Positions 24,759 through 32,000 of a stretch of DNA of 32,000 bases are shown here, in pieces. Made by a program: the position numbers and the translations under genes. How positions within the stretch are numbered: position 1 is the stretch's first letter; the number at the start of each line of letters is the position of its first letter. The notes beneath the pieces are model-generated. The model was not told where the DNA came from. It made no database searches and saw nothing but the letters and a program-made list of their open reading frames with translations. Origin of the DNA: Candidatus Hadarchaeota archaeon (GTDB lineage: Archaea > Hadarchaeota > Hadarchaeia > Hadarchaeales > Hadarchaeaceae); contig CAZETV010000001.1 in the NCBI GenBank assembly GCA_964514965.1, forward strand, positions 693,063-725,062. Direction: 5' to 3'.

Positions 24759-26612
24759 CTACATACGCTCGGGCGCGGTTATCCCAAGCAAGTTAAGCAC
24801 GTTCCGCAGCACTATTCGAACGCAGTTCACTAGGTGGAGTCGGGCGCCACGCAGTTCAGGTGTTTCAGCCTCGATCACGGGGGCTGCTTCATAAAATTTA
24901 TTGAACGCCAGCGCAAGCTCGGACGCGTAAAACGCAGGCAGGTGGGGCTGAAGCTTTTCGCCGGCCTCACGCACGATCTCAGGGAACTTCGCCAGCAGTT
25001 TGACCAGACGCTCTTCCTGAGGTAACTTGAAAATATCGAAGTGTTTTCCGCCCCGGCGCTTCGCTTTGCGCAAAATGCTGCAAGCTCGAGCGTGTGAGTA
25101 TTGTACCGCAGGGCCGCTATTGCGGTCGAAGTTGAGTGCCTCCTCCCACTTGAACGTGATTCGCTTCTCGGGAGAGTTACAAACCAATGAATATCGAACT
25201 GCTCCTACCCCAACTAACTCAGCTGCCTCACGTTTGAATCGCTCGCTCGCCTTAGAGGCGTGTTCCTTGACCACCACGTATGCGCGGGCTACCGCCTCCT
25301 CAATGACATCATCAACGGAAAACCCAACCCAAGTGCCCTTGCGTCCGGAAAACCTGCCACTTGGGAGCCAGACGTGTTCGTAAGCGAGGTGGTACGAGTT
25401 CTTGTGTTCCTGTTCCAGCCCTAGCGCCTTTACGGCTGTGAAAACAACTTGCTGGGGGAACCTCTGCTCCGCCCCAACGACGTTAATCACTTTATCGGCG
25501 CGGCCAAACTTCCTATTTGACCTGCCTCGCTGAACGGTTGTGTACGTGTTGGTACCATCAGGGCGTTTGGAGTGTAATTTAAAAAGTAGCCCTGCCTTCG
25601 TCTGTCCGAACTTCCAGAGCTGGTAGGCAATATCGCGCGCTGTATAAACGGCGGTATTATCGGAGCGCACAAGCACCTTGTCCCCGATCCCGAATTCTGC
25701 CAGCCTCAAGACCAGAGTTCCAGCCAACTTGTCTGTGCCTTCGGCCACATACGGGGTTGCGCGCAGTCGATCAAGTGTTTCTTTAAGCATCCCTGAGCGT
25801 GCAATATCGCTTTCCCATGTTAGCAAATCGTAACTCACACCCAGTCGATCGGTTGTCTTTAGGTTCGCCTCAACACAGCGTTCAGCAAGCCGCCTCGCCC
25901 TGCGAACGGTGGAACCCTTCCCGCGCTCGAGCTGCGCGAGCACTTCCCTCACTTGCTGCTCAACTTTCGACTCCTCTTCCAGGCGTTTGTGCATATCAGC
26001 ATAAATCAATCCCAAAACATGGTCAAACTTCGCACGAGGCTTTCTTTTAGTAAACCGGTATGCGAGCAGGGTCTCCGCTACCTGTCGCCCCATGTCGTCA
26101 ATGTAGTTCTGCACCTCAACCTCGTGTCCTAATCCGCGCAGAATTCGCGCCATGGTGTCGCCGATAACCGCGTTCCTTCCATGACCGATGTGAAGCGGCT
26201 TCGTTGGGTTTACGCTTGTGTGCTCGATGACAATTTTTTTGCCCTTCCCGATATCAAAACAACCATACTTGGCATCAGCCCACTCGATTGCCCGCAGCGT
26301 GAGTTCGGTGAGTTTATGAACATCAACGAAAAAGTTCACATAGCTGTCCACGACATCTACTCGCGCGATCAGGCCTGCAGATTTTATCGCCTTCCCCAAC
26401 TCTTCTGCAAACCACATTGGGGACTTGTGGAAGGCCTTCGCGAGCTCAAAGCAAAGTCTCGTGGACAGGTCACCAAGCTTCGGGTCGGGAGGCTCCTCTA
26501 ATGTCTGCTCTACCCCTACCGACAACTTCCAACCAAGTTTGGAAAGCGCTGCCTCTAACGCATCGCATACGTCGCGCTTAAACTCACCCCAAGGACTGAC
26601 TAACCTAGTCAT
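24759..26612 (-). CDS. argS: arginyl-tRNA synthetase
   Basis: Class I aaRS with PLHIGHGRN (HIGH), an Arg-RS N-terminal add-on domain, a DALR-type anticodon-binding C-terminus, and terminal ERM. Confidence 0.93.
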   Translation of the reverse strand: MTRLVSPWGEFKRDVCDALEAALSKLGWKLSVGVEQTLEEPPDPKLGDLSTRLCFELAKAFHKSPMWFAEELGKAIKSAGLIARVDVVDSYVNFFVDVHKLTELTLRAIEWADAKYGCFDIGKGKKIVIEHTSVNPTKPLHIGHGRNAVIGDTMARILRGLGHEVEVQNYIDDMGRQVAETLLAYRFTKRKPRAKFDHVLGLIYADMHKRLEEESKVEQQVREVLAQLERGKGSTVRRARRLAERCVEANLKTTDRLGVSYDLLTWESDIARSGMLKETLDRLRATPYVAEGTDKLAGTLVLRLAEFGIGDKVLVRSDNTAVYTARDIAYQLWKFGQTKAGLLFKLHSKRPDGTNTYTTVQRGRSNRKFGRADKVINVVGAEQRFPQQVVFTAVKALGLEQEHKNSYHLAYEHVWLPSGRFSGRKGTWVGFSVDDVIEEAVARAYVVVKEHASKASERFKREAAELVGVGAVRYSLVCNSPEKRITFKWEEALNFDRNSGPAVQYSHARACSILRKAKRRGGKHFDIFKLPQEERLVKLLAKFPEIVREAGEKLQPHLPAFYASELALAFNKFYEAAPVIEAETPELRGARLHLVNCVRIVLRNVLNLLGITAPERM

Positions 26613-26997
26613 GGATGTCCAAATCCCTGTTAGCTCGACTCAATAAGTCTTTATTCATATCTTACAAAATATTTCAAAAGGAGACTGAATGGACTTAGTG
26701 ATAACCGTAACTGGTGATTTTAGTCTTTATAGTTGCCATCGTTAGCGCATTCATTCTTTTGTCTGGAAAACTTAGCCGCTTCAGAAGCTCTGATAACTGC
26801 CGATAGATGCATCATCCTGCGAGCAGCTCGACTTGCTGTGCCGTCCCCATCTGCACTGTTCTTAAGAGTAAAAAGCATGAAAAAATGTCTGTACAAAACA
26901 CTCTCAAGTTTTACCAATTTTTTAAATTTAGTTTTAAAAATCTATAAAACTGCCGCCAAAAGCGACACCCCTTATGTTAATTGAATGGAATAGTTGA

Positions 26998-28302
26998 ATG
27001 GCGATGAACTTGGCGCTGCTTCACATCGGCATCGACGACACGGACTCGAAGCAGGGCATGTGCACAACATACGTTGGAGCTGTGGCTATCTACCGTCTAA
27101 AAGCCATAGATATCAAAATCGAGGGATATCCCAAATTAATCAGACTCAACCCAAATTGGAAATTAAAAACGAGAGGAAATTGCGCTATAGCTTTTACAGT
27201 TAAGGTACGAAAACATCAAATCCCAACTGTTAAAGGAATAATTCTCCGCACCGTTGAAGAACTGGCCGAACTCCACATCGAAACCACGAACCCTGGCGTT
27301 GTGTTTTATGAAAGTGAAAAGGTTCCCATAAAGCTGAGAAAATTCTCGAAGAAGATTGTGCAGGATATCGCAACGATTGAGGAAGCTGAAACCTTGGCGA
27401 TGGAAATCGGCGCGGAAGTGCACAAATTCAAGCTCGGGCGTGGTATCATAGGCGCTCTAGCTGCAATCGGTAACACCCTCAAGCGTGACTGGACGTTCGA
27501 ACTCATAGCGTACCGCACGCCAGAAAATCGAGGGACCCCGAGAAAAGTCGATGCTGCCTCAGTTGTTAGGATGAACAACCAAACTTTCCCAAAAACTTTC
27601 GACAATTTGGACCCTTTCACCGGAGAGTTCCGTATCACCCCACACACACCCTGCCCAATTCTCTACGGTATTCGTGGAGAGGACGCTAAAATCACGCTAA
27701 AATCTCATAAACTCGTGAAAGCCTTGGAATCCATCGAACGCTTCATTATTTACAAAACTAACCAAGGAACAGATGAACACCTCAGGCGAGCTAAAATCAC
27801 GGGGGTCAAACCCTATTGGTCGGTAATTGTCAAAGGTGAGGTGTCAAGCACGCCAAAAATTATTCCGGGAGGTCATGTTATTTTCAGCATGCGGGATAAA
27901 ACTGGAGAAATCGATTGCGCTGCCTACGAGCCTACCCGCCAGTTTCGCGACGTTGCAAAGAAGCTCATGGTCGGAGACAAAGTCGTTGCCCACGGTGGAG
28001 TTAAAGAGAAGCCCGAGCTACCTCTTACCATCAACTTGGAAAAACTTTCAATCCTAAAGCTTGTGCCGGTACTCCAAAAAGTTAATCCGACGTGCCCAAG
28101 CTGCGGCAAGCGGATGAAGTCTGAAGGAAAAGGCAAAGGATATTCGTGTAAACGGTGCAAGGTTAGGGTGCCAACCAACGCGGCAAAAATCTTGGAGGTA
28201 AAGAGGGAAATCGGAGTGGGGGCTTTCGAAGTTCCACCACGCGCCCGTAGACATCTAGCTCGGCCCCTCGTGCGGGTGGCATATCCAAGGAGAGAATATT
28301 GA
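26998..28302 (+). CDS. tiaS: tRNA(Ile2) 2-agmatinylcytidine synthetase
   Basis: N-terminal HIGIDDTDSKQGMCTTY is diagnostic of TiaS. An OB-fold region and a C-terminal Zn ribbon (CPSCG...CKRCK) are also present. Confidence 0.9.
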   Translation: MAMNLALLHIGIDDTDSKQGMCTTYVGAVAIYRLKAIDIKIEGYPKLIRLNPNWKLKTRGNCAIAFTVKVRKHQIPTVKGIILRTVEELAELHIETTNPGVVFYESEKVPIKLRKFSKKIVQDIATIEEAETLAMEIGAEVHKFKLGRGIIGALAAIGNTLKRDWTFELIAYRTPENRGTPRKVDAASVVRMNNQTFPKTFDNLDPFTGEFRITPHTPCPILYGIRGEDAKITLKSHKLVKALESIERFIIYKTNQGTDEHLRRAKITGVKPYWSVIVKGEVSSTPKIIPGGHVIFSMRDKTGEIDCAAYEPTRQFRDVAKKLMVGDKVVAHGGVKEKPELPLTINLEKLSILKLVPVLQKVNPTCPSCGKRMKSEGKGKGYSCKRCKVRVPTNAAKILEVKREIGVGAFEVPPRARRHLARPLVRVAYPRREY

Positions 28303-29228
28303 TGGAAAAACGCGTCGAGCACATCGAGCTCAAACCTGAAATGCGGGTTGACGAACTCGTAGAGGAGATGGGCAAGTCGGGCGTCTTCAGTGCAGGAAGG
28401 GTCGCAAAGGCCGTTGAAATTTATCACGAGATGCTCAAGGCCGGGTCAACAATTTTCATGGGCGTTGGAGGCGCGATAATCCCTGGAGGTCTTCGCCGAG
28501 TTCTGACCAAAGCGATTAATGAAAAACTTGTCGACGTCATCGTCACCACTGGAGCGAACGTGACCCATGATCTTATCGAAGCATTCGGTGGCCACCATGC
28601 GCGGGGAGAGGCTCTAGTGGATGATGCTGGGTTACGCGAGCGAGGCATAAGCCGCATCTTCGATGTCTATGTCCCACAACAGATTTTCGAACTCTTCGAG
28701 GATAAGATTCAACCGATGTTCGATGAAGTCACGAAAAAGGGAGCGCGACTTTCATCGGCTGAACTCCTCCGAAGAATCGGGTCACACCTTGAGGATGAAA
28801 ATTCTTTCGTGAAAGCCGCCGCAACCAAAAATGTGCCTGTCTTCTGTCCGGCGATAGCGGACTCGATCCTCGGGCTTCAGGCGTGGCTTTACTCACAAGA
28901 ACACGAGCTGAACATCGATTGCCTGCGCGATGTGCATGAGATGGTTGATTTGGCAAGCGACGCGAAGAATCCGGCAGCGGTGTTGCTAGGCGGGGGTGTC
29001 TCAAAGAACTTCATTTTCCAGAGCATGTTACTCACGCCTAAATCTTTCAAATATGCAATTCAGATCACAATGGATCGCCCCGAGCACGGAGGGCTAAGCG
29101 GAGCAACCCTCGAAGAGGCAAAATCGTGGGGGAAAGTTACGCCAGATGCAAAACTCGTTACCGTGGTAGGCGACGTGACAGTTATCCTCCCCATGCTAGT
29201 CACTTCAGTACTTGGGAGAACCAAGTGA
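28302..29228 (+). CDS. dhs: deoxyhypusine synthase
   Basis: DHS-family blocks (TTGANVTHD, LLGGGVSKNF, EEAKSWGK). ATG 28302 shares its A with the tiaS stop TGA at 28300-28302. Confidence 0.88.
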   Translation: MEKRVEHIELKPEMRVDELVEEMGKSGVFSAGRVAKAVEIYHEMLKAGSTIFMGVGGAIIPGGLRRVLTKAINEKLVDVIVTTGANVTHDLIEAFGGHHARGEALVDDAGLRERGISRIFDVYVPQQIFELFEDKIQPMFDEVTKKGARLSSAELLRRIGSHLEDENSFVKAAATKNVPVFCPAIADSILGLQAWLYSQEHELNIDCLRDVHEMVDLASDAKNPAAVLLGGGVSKNFIFQSMLLTPKSFKYAIQITMDRPEHGGLSGATLEEAKSWGKVTPDAKLVTVVGDVTVILPMLVTSVLGRTK

Positions 29229-29773
29229 TGATCATCGGGCTTGACCTCGCCGGCGTTCCGAAGAACCCTAGCGGCTTTGCACGACTTTCGAACAGCGAAC
29301 TTCAGACTAGCTTGATTTACTCTGATGATGAAATCTTGGGACAATGTACGCGCTCGGATGCCAAGCTGGTTGCGATCGATGCCCCGCTTAGTCTGCCCCA
29401 GCAGGGAAACCTAAGACGGGCTGACATGCTACTCATTCAGCGCGGCTTCCGAGTCTTTCCGCCCACTTTCGCCGGCATGCTGTCGCTCACGGAGCGAGGT
29501 ATACGCCTCGCAGGCGCACTTCGAGCGAAAGGTCTTCGGGTAATAGAAATACACCCCCGGACTTCAGGCATGCTTCTCTTTAAAACTCATAATCGTCGTC
29601 GATGGATAGTCAAGCTTAATAAAAAGGGTATGAAATTGGAAGAAAACGCGAATAAACATGAAATCGACGCGACTCTAGCTGCGCTGACCGGTGCACTCCA
29701 CCTCAAGGGAAAAACTGAAGAAGTCGGCGAAATCAGCGAAGGAACTATAATCATTCCTCACGGGAAATTGTGA
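29228..29773 (+). CDS. DUF429-like protein (predicted RNase H-like fold)
   Basis: IIGLDLAG...AIDAPLSLP...EIHP...EIDA pattern. ATG 29228 shares its A with the dhs stop. The track extension to 29126 lies inside dhs in another frame. Confidence 0.6.
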   Translation: MIIGLDLAGVPKNPSGFARLSNSELQTSLIYSDDEILGQCTRSDAKLVAIDAPLSLPQQGNLRRADMLLIQRGFRVFPPTFAGMLSLTERGIRLAGALRAKGLRVIEIHPRTSGMLLFKTHNRRRWIVKLNKKGMKLEENANKHEIDATLAALTGALHLKGKTEEVGEISEGTIIIPHGKL

Positions 29774-30647
29774 GTTCTCGGACTTGCGCCACGTTTTTAG
29801 AAATGGAAGAAATTGCAAACCCCGTTACATCCCCAATTTTTTTGAGAGGAACTTTTTCACCACTTGCTTCTGCTGCAAGGTAAAGTACGGCCGCTGAGAG
29901 TGAAAGTGGGTGCCTCGTCTGTTTGAATTTTTTGGGCAAAGAATGATAAAGTTCGTGAGCGTGCTTGATTATCTGTGTAGAAAATCCTAGTTGAACGGAG
30001 AAACGGTTGATGTAATCGTCAGTTGAAACGCGGGGCAATTTAAGCTTCAACTTTTGAGTGAAAAATTTTGTGAGCCGACGAAGATTACGTGAAGCCTCAT
30101 AGTTTCCTATGCCCAAACGGTCCGTAAGCGTGCGCGAAATTTCACCTTCTGTGCGCGGTAAACCCCTCATCCTGCATGCAATAAATGTAAGCGCAGCGAG
30201 AACTTGGTGAGTTTCTCTGCCGCTAGTCAACCTCGCTGCCCTAGCCCGCCGATAAAAAATGCTTATCTCGGCTTTGATCCCTTTAGGCAACGATAAGTCC
30301 TCACATAGCTTATCTAGCTCTATTAAAACCTCACGCAAACTTCGCTTTTCCCATGTGTTTGCGCGCGAGCGCTGCTGCCAGAGCCGCATCCGCCTCAGGC
30401 TGGCGCGCCAGCTTGGGGGGAGGTCCTTCGGGACACTGAACTTGCTCCCCAATCCAAAATCATGCTGCGTTACATCTATGCCCGCCGTAACGTCCGCGCG
30501 CTCCAATTCTTCCCCCGGCCTACTGCGCCATTCCGGCTTGAGTTCGAGCGAGTGTTCCATGAGCACGAGGCCACAGCGCGTACAGATGTGTTCCCCTCTA
30601 AGCGTGTCGTGTAGTACCGCTGAACTGCTGCATGAAGGGCAGCGCAT
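29751..30647 (-). CDS. tfb: transcription initiation factor IIB (TFB)
   Basis: N-terminal Zn ribbon CPSC...CTRCG followed by two cyclin-fold repeats, in about 300 aa. Confidence 0.9.
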   Translation of the reverse strand: MRCPSCSSSAVLHDTLRGEHICTRCGLVLMEHSLELKPEWRSRPGEELERADVTAGIDVTQHDFGLGSKFSVPKDLPPSWRASLRRMRLWQQRSRANTWEKRSLREVLIELDKLCEDLSLPKGIKAEISIFYRRARAARLTSGRETHQVLAALTFIACRMRGLPRTEGEISRTLTDRLGIGNYEASRNLRRLTKFFTQKLKLKLPRVSTDDYINRFSVQLGFSTQIIKHAHELYHSLPKKFKQTRHPLSLSAAVLYLAAEASGEKVPLKKIGDVTGFAISSISKNVAQVRELTISREE

Positions 30648-30666
30648 TTAAAAACCTCAAATCGCA

Positions 30667-31869
30667 CTACTTCAGAGCAAGTATTTTCTCAATCGTTTCT
30701 CGTCCAAAGATTCGGGAAATCTCCTCATCCTTCAACAAAGCTTCAAGCGGACCCTTAAGTTTGAACCCTGTGAACACATCGATGAAGGCCTGTTGGAGCT
30801 TGGGCTTGTCCTCTAGCGCACCCAGCAGCGCATCCATCCGCTGGTCTTGTGAAACACTCAATGAAGAGTGTAGGAGTTGCCCGGCCCTCAGTTCGGCACC
30901 AAACTCAGCTCGCCATTGCCGTTCATAATCGGCCAGCCCCTCTATCGAAACATCGCCCTCGGTAATCGCGTTGATTGCTACCTTGCCTGCAATCTCTCCG
31001 CAGCGCAACGCGTAACGAAGTCCTTGCCCCGATAACGCATAGATTTGGCCAGCCGCACTTCCAGCTGCGATTATCCCGCCTGCGCATGTCTGGTTCAATG
31101 GCCCCTCAAGGGGAAGCTGACCACGGAATGCAGCCACCGGCGCCGCTCGCTCGAGTCTAGGCATGCCACGTCGCCCTATGAACTCGTCTAAAGCGGCATC
31201 CGGATGGATACGCACTCCTTGAACCCCCGTCATCGCGAAGCGCTTGCCGAAGGGATAAACCCAAGCGTGCCCGAGTGGGGCGAAGTATGAAGTAAAAAAC
31301 AGATCCATACTTTGATCGTTTGTCACGTTCCCCATCAGATACTCGTTGCTTAGCGCGAGCAGCTCACGCTTCCAATCCCGCTTCAGCACCTTCCTGAGCA
31401 ACAAACTCGACCACTCGCCTCGGGCGCCCGTAGCGTCTATTATTATTTCGCTCTCGATTTGCTCGGCCCAATCTCCAGCTTCGACGTGCACCCCCCGTAC
31501 GGCATCCCCCTTCAACAAAAGTTCCTTGACAGGGGAACTCACCCATAACTCGGCGCCGCTCGCTACGGCCTCTGCGGCTAGGAGCTTGTCAAACAGGCGC
31601 CGATCAACGATGACGCCGAAGTCCCCCTTTGCCGAGAGCTCCTTGTGGGGCGAGTGAAGCCTTATTTCTTTCACGTTCGCGACAATCGATTTTTTCAGTG
31701 GGGGTATTATGAAATCGGCTGGCGCCCAAGTAGCGGATTGAGCCTGTCCACCTATCTGGGCTTGCAGCTCAAGCAGCAGCACTTTTCCCCCCTCAGCCGC
31801 CGCCACCCTCGCTGCGGCCAATCCAGCTGGACCACCCCCAGCCACAACTACATCATATCTTTCAACCAT
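30667..31869 (-). CDS. geranylgeranyl reductase family FAD-dependent oxidoreductase
   Basis: The YDVVVAGGGPAGLAAA dinucleotide-binding motif, a length of about 400 aa and the overall pattern fit archaeal digeranylgeranylglycerophospholipid reductase. Confidence 0.8.
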   Translation of the reverse strand: MVERYDVVVAGGGPAGLAAARVAAAEGGKVLLLELQAQIGGQAQSATWAPADFIIPPLKKSIVANVKEIRLHSPHKELSAKGDFGVIVDRRLFDKLLAAEAVASGAELWVSSPVKELLLKGDAVRGVHVEAGDWAEQIESEIIIDATGARGEWSSLLLRKVLKRDWKRELLALSNEYLMGNVTNDQSMDLFFTSYFAPLGHAWVYPFGKRFAMTGVQGVRIHPDAALDEFIGRRGMPRLERAAPVAAFRGQLPLEGPLNQTCAGGIIAAGSAAGQIYALSGQGLRYALRCGEIAGKVAINAITEGDVSIEGLADYERQWRAEFGAELRAGQLLHSSLSVSQDQRMDALLGALEDKPKLQQAFIDVFTGFKLKGPLEALLKDEEISRIFGRETIEKILALK

Positions 31870-32000
31870 TTGTCTCCCTCCATCCTTTAGTTATTAGTTA
31901 TTTATTAGATGGAAAATGTTTCACTAAAGACTGTTTGGATTTGCGTAGCGTATGCTCAAGAAAGACCTCGAAAAGAAACAGATTTTTGAGAAAGATGGTT

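Noticed and set aside
26778-26820. Possible C/D box sRNA on the minus strand (AUGAUGC ... CUGA).
   Set aside because: The C box is imperfect, the C-to-D distance is only about 35 nt, and there are no C-prime/D-prime boxes or terminal stem.
31898-31999. Open minus-strand frame entering from the right edge (...TIFLKNLFLFEVFLEHTLRKSKQSLVKHFPSNK, then stop).
   Set aside because: Only about 34 codons are visible, with no recognisable motif. It could be the C-terminus of a real gene, but this fragment cannot support that.
1-32000. Scan for CRISPR arrays, IS elements or transposases, integrases, toxin-antitoxin pairs and classical defence genes.
   Set aside because: None was seen. There are no regularly spaced direct repeats, no terminal inverted repeats flanking a transposase-like ORF and no nuclease/ATPase defence signatures. 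The window looks like core chromosome.

Overview
This is an archaeal chromosomal segment of about 50% GC, densely packed with housekeeping genes on both strands. Archaeal markers are TFB, TiaS, deoxyhypusine synthase, eL41, SepCysS, a PAC2 chaperone and geranylgeranyl reductase. I found no rRNA, tRNA, CRISPR array or mobile element. The main blocks are: (a) SepCysS, a partial DUF169-like gene and a disrupted Cys-motif gene at 1-1970; (b) a sulfur-carrier cluster at 3187-6221, with a ThrC-fold PLP enzyme, a ThiS/MoaD-like beta-grasp domain fused to its own E1 adenylyltransferase, TusA and a convergent JAMM peptidase; (c) engB, then acr3-arsR with a palindromic operator; (d) a standalone beta-grasp paralog that lacks the C-terminal GG; (e) a contiguous argG-argH-argC-argJ-argB-argD-argF cluster at 8856-16908; (f) a HAD hydrolase, a wHTH regulator, a DUF4430-like membrane module, an untracked eL41 gene, a HemK-type methyltransferase, small membrane proteins, an M29 aminopeptidase, PAC2 and a UPF0282 MBL-fold protein; (g) argS divergent from tiaS-dhs-DUF429, then tfb and a geranylgeranyl reductase. 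The best candidate for an undescribed system is block (b). It has the parts list of a protein-thiocarboxylate amino-acid sulfur-insertion pathway of the CysO/CysM/Mec+ or HcyS type, but with a ThrC-fold enzyme, a TusA relay and a carrier that must be cut out of its own E1. All functional calls come from motif recognition by eye; no searches were run.
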